From the IMG/VR virus record IMGVR_UViG_3300030392_001439, positions 1 to 33,822 of that record: a DNA stretch of 33,822 bases. One strand, 5' to 3'. A program made the translations under genes and the position numbers. The notes under the pieces are model-generated. The model was not told where the DNA came from. It did no database searches and saw only the letters and a list, made by a program, of their open reading frames with translations. Positions 18,921 to 26,727 of this stretch are shown one piece after another. The stretch comes from a virus (taxonomy: Duplodnaviria; Caudoviricetes). Every line of letters starts with the position of its first letter. Position 1 is the stretch's first letter.

Positions 18921-19882
18921 AAAATCTCATTCGATCTGTTAAACGCAAGGAAGATGATTTACTAAAGGTCATTACGTTTTGTGAAATAGAAGAAAAATAT
19001 AATCATGCCCTATGTCAAACTGGACACGAATTTTATTTATGGGGAGAGAATCTTGATAATAACTGGAACGCATTAGTAGAAGATAAGCCTGACAATATCA
19101 TAACACTTCCTCCTTCAGAAACAATGTATAATAGTTATTTTGATTTAGTAATATGTCACAATAGAGTTGAACAATACAACGTGGCATTGAGCATCTCCGA
19201 GGCCCTACATATTCCCCTCATTATCATAGATCACTGTGGGCAGCAAATACTAAAATCTTCTACTATTTTTTCTACGGTGACTACTCAAGATATTACACAA
19301 CTCTATACTCTAAAATCTTTAGTTAATGTATGTGTACACGACCGTCTTGTTTCAGCATGGCCCAGCTCTTCCAAAGGATCAGTAGTTATCAACACTGGAA
19401 TAGATACAAATAAATATAAGCCAGCTAATGTATCAAACGAATTTTCTATTGTATTAGATAACTATATACCACAGCCCATAGCTCAAGCGTTATCGTCCTT
19501 AAATGTATATAATATTATAGGAACTGATAGAGAAGATAGGGCTAACGTATACAACCAAGGACCTGTTTTTATTAATACTTGGCAGAATATTAATATTAAA
19601 CTTTTAGAGGCTATGGCTTGCGGCACAGTTCCTATTTCTATAGAAACTCCTGAAATTACTCATGTTATTAAAAATAATGAAACAGGTTTTATCGTTAAAG
19701 ATGTCCCCCATATGGTAAGTATGATAGAAAAAATTAAAAACAATGAAATTCGTAATATCCAACAGATATCACAAAATGCTAGAGACTACGTAGTAGAGAA
19801 TCATAACATGGACAAATTCATTGAGAAATGGAAGCAGGTTTTTAAATTAGCAAGTAACAGTTTTTACAGCAGAGGGATGTAA
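18908..19882 (+). CDS. GT4-like glycosyltransferase
   Basis: GIDTNKY, LLEAMACG.VPI, NETGFI, NARDYV...FIEKW. Confidence 0.75.
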   Translation: MYPVKNLIRSVKRKEDDLLKVITFCEIEEKYNHALCQTGHEFYLWGENLDNNWNALVEDKPDNIITLPPSETMYNSYFDLVICHNRVEQYNVALSISEALHIPLIIIDHCGQQILKSSTIFSTVTTQDITQLYTLKSLVNVCVHDRLVSAWPSSSKGSVVINTGIDTNKYKPANVSNEFSIVLDNYIPQPIAQALSSLNVYNIIGTDREDRANVYNQGPVFINTWQNINIKLLEAMACGTVPISIETPEITHVIKNNETGFIVKDVPHMVSMIEKIKNNEIRNIQQISQNARDYVVENHNMDKFIEKWKQVFKLASNSFYSRGM

Positions 19883-20283
19883 TGAAAGTTAATCTGGCAA
19901 TTCAAGAAGCTCAATTTTTAGACGGATATACTAACTACATTATAGGTCCAGATACATTTGAAAAAATTCCTGACGCTGTATGTACGGAAATTTTAATGGT
20001 GGACTCGTTGGATTATGCCCCTCCTGAAATACTTGCACAGGTTGTAAAAAAAATAAGACATGGAGGTACATTACAAATTGTATCTACAGACTTATTTGAA
20101 ATATGCCGTTCTGTATTTTTAGGACTCCTCCCTATGGAGCAATGTAATTTGCATTTAACCAATAGCAGATTGAGATTAGTACCTGCTGTTCAAATCAAGC
20201 AACAACTTGAAGAATTGGGCCTCCAGATAAAGGAGGTGGCGATGAAAAATATAAAATATGATATAAAGGCACAGCGACCATGA
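19882..20283 (+). CDS. Hypothetical protein, degenerate SAM-methyltransferase-like
   Basis: EILMVDSLDY...KKIRHGGTLQI resembles the methyltransferase post-motif region; no clear GxG motif I. Confidence 0.4.
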   Translation: MKVNLAIQEAQFLDGYTNYIIGPDTFEKIPDAVCTEILMVDSLDYAPPEILAQVVKKIRHGGTLQIVSTDLFEICRSVFLGLLPMEQCNLHLTNSRLRLVPAVQIKQQLEELGLQIKEVAMKNIKYDIKAQRP

Positions 20284-21098
20284 ACCAAATGCCCGAAGGT
20301 TTTGAAATATCTACAAGCTGTAAAAACTGCTGTTTTGCAGACTACCAAGAAACAACCCAAATGGGATGTAAAGTTAATCGTATAGAGAAGTATAAAACTT
20401 TAAAGGGAGCGAATGTAGTAGAAGCGTTTGACGATGAAAAAGAATTTTATGTAATTCAAAATAAAATATGCGTGTACTATAGAAACCACACGTTTATGGA
20501 TGAGTTAGGATTAACTAGCGACGAAGATATATTAAACAAAGTTAAATCAGAACTGAAAGCTCCTTATCATCTTATAGTTATCTTTAGAGAAAATGATATA
20601 CAAGAAGATCTGGAAAAATGCATTGAGTCTGCTTCTAATCAAAAAATTAAACCTAAAGTTTTTACCGTTATCAACAAGTTTAATACCAACGTAGAAGCCT
20701 CGCAAATTATGCAGATTGTTAACCACTACGGCTTTGATCACTGGCGTGTACAAAATGCAGCAAATCTAGAGTTTGAATGGGATCGAGACTTGATAGACTT
20801 GTCTTATGATAGTACTAAAAAACATAAATATTTATTTTATTCAGCTTTTGAAGCTTTAGAAGGGGTTCCTCTTACTTTTTCTGAAGAAATACACGGAGCC
20901 ATGTATGAAGATCTCAAATCCTTTTCGTGCCTACGTCCTAATATAAATAACAATGGACTAACGGTTTTAAGAATAGCACAAGAAAAATATTCTGGCAACA
21001 GTTTTGGTATAAAGATAGAAGATAAAATTAAATTTTATGAAGATGATATTCATATGATTAAAAAGGTAGAAGATCTATGTCCGAGTCTAAAAATATAA
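20280..21098 (+). CDS. Hypothetical protein, Cys-rich N-terminus plus GT2-like segment
   Basis: CKNCCF...C N-terminus; DLEKCIESASNQ resembles the GT-A N-terminal motif. Confidence 0.45.
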   Translation: MNQMPEGFEISTSCKNCCFADYQETTQMGCKVNRIEKYKTLKGANVVEAFDDEKEFYVIQNKICVYYRNHTFMDELGLTSDEDILNKVKSELKAPYHLIVIFRENDIQEDLEKCIESASNQKIKPKVFTVINKFNTNVEASQIMQIVNHYGFDHWRVQNAANLEFEWDRDLIDLSYDSTKKHKYLFYSAFEALEGVPLTFSEEIHGAMYEDLKSFSCLRPNINNNGLTVLRIAQEKYSGNSFGIKIEDKIKFYEDDIHMIKKVEDLCPSLKI

Positions 21099-21571
21099 CT
21101 ATTATGGTTGGTAGTGGTAGTGAAGAATCAAATATGATGCCTTTAATCCAGGACTATCCTGATTATATGGCAACATATAACATGGAAGATGCAAATGCTG
21201 ATTTTTTTACCACCACTTTAAATAAATATGATAGCAATATATATACTTTTTTTAAACCGGGAGTTTCTTTTGCCAAAGATGATGCGATTGTTCAAATTGC
21301 TAAAGCTTTTGAAAAAGATCCCGCTGTAATGGCCGTTGTCTGTGACGGTTTTAGTAAACATAATTCTATTAAACATCCCTACTATTTAGACACAAATCGA
21401 TTAACTAACATTAACGATAGCATTCCTATATCTTTTCATAAAAACATAGTCAAACAACTTACATTTCAGGAGGATGTATATAAAACACTGGTAGACACTC
21501 TTAACTCCTGTATTTCCAAACAGGTTTTAATTATACACATTGCAGAACCACTAGTAGTAATAAATGAGTAG
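21077..21571 (+). CDS. Hypothetical protein (degenerate GT2-like)
   Basis: In GT block; C-terminal HIAEPL resembles GT2 H.PE.L ending. Confidence 0.4.
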   Translation: MSESKNITIMVGSGSEESNMMPLIQDYPDYMATYNMEDANADFFTTTLNKYDSNIYTFFKPGVSFAKDDAIVQIAKAFEKDPAVMAVVCDGFSKHNSIKHPYYLDTNRLTNINDSIPISFHKNIVKQLTFQEDVYKTLVDTLNSCISKQVLIIHIAEPLVVINE

Positions 21572-22286
21572 AAAACACATACAGAAGATATATCAGGACC
21601 GAGTTCCAAACAATACTATATGTGCTGTAATACCAGCAGCAGGGTGCGGGAAACGTATGAAATCATATGGACCCAAGGCGCTCCTAGAAATCCATCATAG
21701 AAACATTATTACCAACCAAATCAATATATTAGAAAAATCTATCCCTTACATTAATATCAGCTTGGTGTGTGGTTTTAAAGCTGAAAAGCTAATGAAAAAT
21801 GTACCAGAAAGAATTATTAAAATAGAAAATGAATTTTATGACACCACTAATGTCGTTAGAAGCATCGGAGTAGGATTACGTACAATAAAAGATGCTGGAA
21901 CTTTAATATTGGTTTATGGAGATTTGTTTTTTAATGAAATTGCCATCAGCTGTCTAGACTTAAGTTATTCTTGTATATTAATTAACGATGCTACGATGAC
22001 AGAGGAGGAAGTCGGATGTGTGGTAGACGAAAATGGCGTTTTACAAAATATGATGTATGATTTGCCAAATAAATGGGCGCAGGTAGCAGTATTTAACGGA
22101 CTAGAGTTAAAACTTTTAAAACAATTATGTTGGGATAAAAAAAATTACCACAGGTTTGGTTTTGAAATTATTAATGAGATTATAGAAAGAGGCGGAAGTT
22201 TTTCGTGTTTAAAGCACTCCAAATGTAAAGTTATTGATATAGACACCTCTAAAGATATAGACAGAGCCAAGGAAATTTTTAAATGA
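21564..22286 (+). CDS. Sugar/phosphocholine nucleotidyltransferase (NTP_transf, LicC-like)
   Basis: IPAAGCGKRMKSYGPKALL, GFKAE, N..Y.TTN, YGDL, DIDTSKD. Confidence 0.82.
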   Translation: MSRKHIQKIYQDRVPNNTICAVIPAAGCGKRMKSYGPKALLEIHHRNIITNQINILEKSIPYINISLVCGFKAEKLMKNVPERIIKIENEFYDTTNVVRSIGVGLRTIKDAGTLILVYGDLFFNEIAISCLDLSYSCILINDATMTEEEVGCVVDENGVLQNMMYDLPNKWAQVAVFNGLELKLLKQLCWDKKNYHRFGFEIINEIIERGGSFSCLKHSKCKVIDIDTSKDIDRAKEIFK

Positions 22287-23149
22287 AAATAGTATTACCA
22301 AACTTACCTTTTGCTTACATACAAGGTATCGGCAGCACGCTCAAGACCCTTGAAGATTCGTGTAATTTGGAAGTATTTCTTTGGCCCTCCGAAAAACCCT
22401 TGATGGATGTATTAGATGAACTTAAGCCAGATTTAATCTTCTTATATCAACAACATATTGATACTACGTTAGAAATAGGCGCCCAAGACCTAAATTTTGA
22501 CTACATTGCCCTCACCACCACCCCAATACAAATCAAAAAATTACCCATAGTGTACATTACTGAAGCTAGTTCTATAGGTCAGTTTATCAATTATCAAAAG
22601 AGTACCCTGATAACCACACCTTCAGCTAATGTAGCCCAAGTTCATAACGGACAACACTCAGATATGTTCACCAGCGATATATGTGTTTTTAACAAGGATG
22701 TACCACTAGGCATTGAACACTTACATATCTTAGAATGGTTATCTACCCACTACAATACTAAAATTTTTGGTCCCCAGAAAGTAAATCTTCCACAATATTT
22801 AGGAGACTGTACAATATTTGAAAGAGCCGATGCTATCGTTTCTAGTAAAGTATGTATAGACTTAGGAAACTTTGACCTTTTAGATACCTCTTATCTTAAA
22901 AGAGCCCCTCTTGTTTTAAACGGAACCCATGCACTATATAAAAATTTTAAGTCGATAGGGGAGCTGGAAGAAATATTAAAAAATGTTATAAATGATACGA
23001 AGGATCGACAAAAATATTGTAACGCAGTTTATAAAGATGTCATAAAGGACAAAACGTTTTATCATAGAGTTGCAGAAATATTTACCGCCATAGGAGATCA
23101 AACCAGATCTCAGCAATGCTTAAAGAAACTAAAGGAATTGGTATCATGA
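22283..23149 (+). CDS. CgeB-like glycosyltransferase-family protein
   Basis: KPDLIF, KIFG, C-terminal KTFYHRVAEI pattern. Confidence 0.55.
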   Translation: MKIVLPNLPFAYIQGIGSTLKTLEDSCNLEVFLWPSEKPLMDVLDELKPDLIFLYQQHIDTTLEIGAQDLNFDYIALTTTPIQIKKLPIVYITEASSIGQFINYQKSTLITTPSANVAQVHNGQHSDMFTSDICVFNKDVPLGIEHLHILEWLSTHYNTKIFGPQKVNLPQYLGDCTIFERADAIVSSKVCIDLGNFDLLDTSYLKRAPLVLNGTHALYKNFKSIGELEEILKNVINDTKDRQKYCNAVYKDVIKDKTFYHRVAEIFTAIGDQTRSQQCLKKLKELVS

Positions 23150-23598
23150 TAGGCGTTCTAACCGAAAAAATACAATTTAATCAACAAAGTATATTTTTAC
23201 TAAAAAATTTCAATCAATTGAATAAAACAAACAGTTGTTGCATCTTTTGTAATGAAATGCATCAACGTCCAGTGGATATATCTTTTAATATTATGCAGCA
23301 GATTCAATCCTATTGCTTTGAAGGAACTTTGATTACTGACAGCCTTATCTTAGCACAAAACCTTAATTACAATATCTATACCAAAAAGAAATACTACTAC
23401 GTTTGGAATCTAGATTGGATGAATTTAGAAAACTTACGCTTTGGACAACTTCGTATTCCCTTTTATAACGATGATATAGAATTGATAGCACGAAGTCAAA
23501 GCCATGCAAACTTACTGGAAAAATTATTTAAAAAACCCAAATATATTATGGAAGACTGGGACTGGACTATCTTAAAAAGGATAGATGAAGATGAATGA
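23146..23598 (+). CDS. Hypothetical protein (GT-B N-terminal-like fragment)
   Basis: AAGGA RBS and ATGA overlap at 23146; YYVWNLDW, LIARS. Confidence 0.5.
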   Translation: MIGVLTEKIQFNQQSIFLLKNFNQLNKTNSCCIFCNEMHQRPVDISFNIMQQIQSYCFEGTLITDSLILAQNLNYNIYTKKKYYYVWNLDWMNLENLRFGQLRIPFYNDDIELIARSQSHANLLEKLFKKPKYIMEDWDWTILKRIDEDE

Positions 23599-24355
23599 TA
23601 AAGAACAACAAATAATTCAATTATACCAAGAAGAAAATTTGAGCACCCACCATCTTGCTGATAAATTTTCCACCTATCCCAACAAAATTAGACGAATTTT
23701 GAAAAAACATGGAGTACAATTAAGGAACAAGGGAGAGGCGCAAAAAATTGCCCTCGAACAAGGAAGGACGGCGCATCCAACCAAAGGAAAGGCTATGAAA
23801 GATTCCACAAAGCTAAAAATCAGTGAATCACAGGGCGAGCTTTGGGATAATATGACTGAGGAACAAAGGCAAGAACGTATAGACAACGGTCGTGAATCGT
23901 GGAATAAAAAAACAGCTGCAGAAAGAGAAGATCTTATTAAAAAAGCTCACGAGGCGGTGCAAGAAGCCAGTAGAATTGGCTCTAAAATGGAAAATTCGCT
24001 ACTTAAGGAGTTGACAAAGAAAGGTTTTAGGATAGACTTTCATAAAGAACATTGGTTACAAAATCATCGTTTACAAATCGATCTATTTATACCAAATCTC
24101 AGGGTTGCTGTCGAAATAGACGGTCCTTCTCATTTTAAACCAGTATGGGGAATGGAACAGCTTATTAAAAACCAAAAAGCTGATCGCCAAAAAACAGGTT
24201 TAATTCTCGCTCAAGGGCTTGTGTTGGTTAGAGTTAAAATGGAAAAGAAATTCTCTCAGAGATATGCTAGACAAACATTGATAAGTCTTTTACAAATTCT
24301 TAATAAAATTGAAGCCCAATACCCCCCAGAAGATGAAAGGTATTTTGAGATATGA
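23585..24355 (+). CDS. HTH + basic linker + Vsr/DUF559-like endonuclease (homing-endonuclease-like architecture)
   Basis: LYQEENLSTHHLA...IRRILKKHGV HTH; STKLKISES NUMOD3-like; IDLFIP..RVAVEIDGPSHF. Confidence 0.7.
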   Translation: MKMNDKEQQIIQLYQEENLSTHHLADKFSTYPNKIRRILKKHGVQLRNKGEAQKIALEQGRTAHPTKGKAMKDSTKLKISESQGELWDNMTEEQRQERIDNGRESWNKKTAAEREDLIKKAHEAVQEASRIGSKMENSLLKELTKKGFRIDFHKEHWLQNHRLQIDLFIPNLRVAVEIDGPSHFKPVWGMEQLIKNQKADRQKTGLILAQGLVLVRVKMEKKFSQRYARQTLISLLQILNKIEAQYPPEDERYFEI

Positions 24356-25089
24356 GTAAAAACGATTTCACTGATATGGTCGAAGTTTCTGACAAACCCC
24401 ATCAAGAAGCTGTTGCGGAAGACGTCCCCAAGAAACCTCACGAATATGATCCCGAGTGGAGTGAATATATTTTAGACAATTTGGCTGATCACGAGTTAAT
24501 TCAGGGTGCTCCTACTGTGGACGGTCTAAGGAGAGCCACTGAGCGTTGCTTTGGAGAAATCTTACAATCTAAGAGTGAAATTGTAGAAGTGCCAACCAGG
24601 CAAAATAATAAATGCACTATTAAACATTCCTTGGCTATTAGGAAATATTCAACTGAAAATGTTATTGAGGTTGATGGATGTGTAGATGTACTTTATGATA
24701 AGATTCCCTACCCTTTTAACACCCACTTAGTTGCTACTGCTGATACCCGAGCAGAAGGGAAAGCTTTACGAAGAGCGTTAAAGATTCGTGTTGTAACTGC
24801 CGAAGAATTACAAAATCAGGACGAAGACGATGTGATGGCTTCAGAAGAAAACATGAATGACCAACAAGTTTTAGCCTTAAACCAACTTTGTAAAAGACTG
24901 GATATTTCGGTAGCTAGTTTTGTTAAATCACAGTATAATAAGGTAAAGGTTATTAATGATGTAAGTAATATGGAAGCTAGAGTTTTGATTAGCCAGTTGT
25001 CAGGCTTCCAGCGTAAGCCCAAGTCTATCGAGAAGAAAATTAAAGGCTACGATGATAATTGGAAAGACGATTTTTATAGGGGCTCATAA
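24352..25089 (+). CDS. Hypothetical protein, possibly Rad52/Sak-like single-strand annealing protein
   Basis: ATADTRAEGKALRRAL resembles the Rad52/Sak helix motif; C-terminal QV.AL..LC small helical domain. Confidence 0.4.
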   Translation: MSKNDFTDMVEVSDKPHQEAVAEDVPKKPHEYDPEWSEYILDNLADHELIQGAPTVDGLRRATERCFGEILQSKSEIVEVPTRQNNKCTIKHSLAIRKYSTENVIEVDGCVDVLYDKIPYPFNTHLVATADTRAEGKALRRALKIRVVTAEELQNQDEDDVMASEENMNDQQVLALNQLCKRLDISVASFVKSQYNKVKVINDVSNMEARVLISQLSGFQRKPKSIEKKIKGYDDNWKDDFYRGS

Positions 25090-25469
25090 TGAAGGCAAGA
25101 ATAAAAGCTACTGATAATCTCTGGTTCGATGTAGAAGCAGAACAAGAAGATGATTTATTTAAACAAATTGCACGAGTTCAAGAAATTTTTCAACATGATA
25201 GTTGTGGGAAATGTGGTTCTCCCAATTTTAAATTTGTTTGTAGATTAGATAGTAGTGAAAATGATTGGTTAGAAATTACCTGCCAAGATTGCCGCGCTAA
25301 GCTTATCTTTGGCCGAACTAAGAAAGGAAACTTAATTTTTCCGAAGATTCGTTGGGACCAATTATCCGCAAAACAAAAAGAACAAAGGAGTGATGAGAGT
25401 GATTATGCAGAAAGCCATCGCGGCTATCTGCCCCACAAGGGATGGTTCATCTATAGGCCTAAGAAATAA
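25089..25469 (+). CDS. Zinc-ribbon hypothetical protein
   Basis: CGKC...CQDC; TAATG coupling. Confidence 0.65.
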   Translation: MKARIKATDNLWFDVEAEQEDDLFKQIARVQEIFQHDSCGKCGSPNFKFVCRLDSSENDWLEITCQDCRAKLIFGRTKKGNLIFPKIRWDQLSAKQKEQRSDESDYAESHRGYLPHKGWFIYRPKK

Positions 25470-25479
25470 GGAGAAGGAA

Positions 25480-25668
25480 GTGCCTACTAACGATTACGAA
25501 GCTCGACAAATATTTGGCATTATCAATGAGTTTATTGATGTTGATACTGCTAGGAAAATTGTGACACGCCTTCATGAACAGGTAGGAAAACATACAGAAA
25601 ATGAATCTTTGGCTGTCAGTTTGGAAATGTTAGCTGCCGCGTACTCTCAAGAGGAGACAGTAGAATGA
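25480..25668 (+). CDS. Small hypothetical protein
   Basis: AAGGAG RBS before GTG 25480 within ORF 25390..25668. Confidence 0.5.
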   Translation: MPTNDYEARQIFGIINEFIDVDTARKIVTRLHEQVGKHTENESLAVSLEMLAAAYSQEETVE

Positions 25669-26000
25669 AGAAGATGATTTTGTCAATTGTTATGGCTTTG
25701 GTGCTTAGCTCCAGTGCTTTTGGTCGTGAACCTTCCCACAATGGCTTCGTGTATACGCTCTACCCAGTGCGACACTGCGTGTGTAGCGTGGTTCACTTTG
25801 TTAAAGGTACAACGGCGGGAGTGGCTGAGGGGGCTGTTACTGTAGTAAAGGGTGCGCTTGGCATTGTCACCGCTCCATTTCGGGTTAAATGGAAGAAGCC
25901 AACTGCGCGACGATTGTTCTATCAACCTCCTACAGTTCATTACAAGCCTGGAAAGCTTTATGAAATTATGCCTCCCGATCTTGTTATTGAAATAGAATAA
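25665..26000 (+). CDS. Hypothetical protein with signal peptide
   Basis: MKKMILSIVMALVLSSSAFG signal-peptide-like N-terminus. Confidence 0.6.
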   Translation: MKKMILSIVMALVLSSSAFGREPSHNGFVYTLYPVRHCVCSVVHFVKGTTAGVAEGAVTVVKGALGIVTAPFRVKWKKPTARRLFYQPPTVHYKPGKLYEIMPPDLVIEIE

Positions 26001-26022
26001 AGGGATGGCGATTTTTTACACT

Positions 26023-26087
26023 GGGGTTGTTGGGATTTACATTGTCATCCCGTTCAGTCGGGATTTAATTCATCATCCCAAAGCTCC
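26023..26087 (+). ncRNA. 65-nt dual-variable-loop hairpin H4 (CATTG / ATTCA)
   Basis: Same scaffold as H1; A>G change in the outer stem converts A-U to G-U. Confidence 0.7.
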
Positions 26088-26097
26088 TTTAAAATTC

Positions 26098-26162
26098 GCG
26101 GCGGTTGGGATTTAGGGAGTCATCACGTTAAGTCGGGATTTAAACCTTCATCCCAACGTCGC
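26098..26162 (+). ncRNA. 65-nt dual-variable-loop hairpin H5 (GGGAG / AACCT), followed by T5
   Basis: Same scaffold as H2; one inner-stem mismatch (TCATCAC); apical loop TTAAGT. Confidence 0.68.
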
Positions 26163-26183
26163 TTTTTAAAACAGAGAATTGTA

Positions 26184-26726
26184 ATGAGATTAGATCACAT
26201 AGCATATCGAGTAGCAGATAGGAAAAAGACTGCGCAGTTTTTTCTTGATGCTTTTGGATATAAAATAGCAGATGATTTTGAACTTGTATTTCCAAATAAA
26301 GAAACAGCTCGATGCTATGCTCTATCTCCCCCTGAGAGAGGACAATATTCAGAAATAGATTTTACTCAATATTTTTCAGGACTAACACATGGACCTATGC
26401 AATATCATGCATCTCCTGAAATTTTTGTGAGCGAAGGCACCTTTGGATCAGTAGTAGGACAGTGGGTAATGGGTAGGAATGCCATAGGAGGAATACATCA
26501 CTTAGCTTATGAAGTAGAATCAGTAGAAAAACAAATGGAAAAATGGTTAAAGTTGGGGTATGCAGAATTTACCACCGAATCTCCCATGAGATGTCCAGGA
26601 TTAATTCAGTGTTTTACTAAACCAAGTGAACTTACAGGAGTTATATACGAATTTATTCAAAGAAGAGGTAAGGGTTTTTGTAGAGAAAATGTTTTAGATC
26701 TCATGAATTCCACAGAAGGGTTATAA
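26184..26726 (+). CDS. VOC-fold (glyoxalase/HPPD/DUF1338-like) metalloenzyme
   Basis: LDHIAYRV, IHHLAYEV, YEFIQR..GF..ENV..LMNST provide His/His/Glu metal-ligand candidates. Confidence 0.7.
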   Translation: MRLDHIAYRVADRKKTAQFFLDAFGYKIADDFELVFPNKETARCYALSPPERGQYSEIDFTQYFSGLTHGPMQYHASPEIFVSEGTFGSVVGQWVMGRNAIGGIHHLAYEVESVEKQMEKWLKLGYAEFTTESPMRCPGLIQCFTKPSELTGVIYEFIQRRGKGFCRENVLDLMNSTEGL

Positions 26727-26727
26727 T

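Larger units (their letters stand above)
26023..26187 (+). repeat. 165-nt two-hairpin cassette, copy B (direct repeat of 3716..3880)
   Basis: Gapless alignment with copy A at an offset of 22307 nt. Confidence 0.95.
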
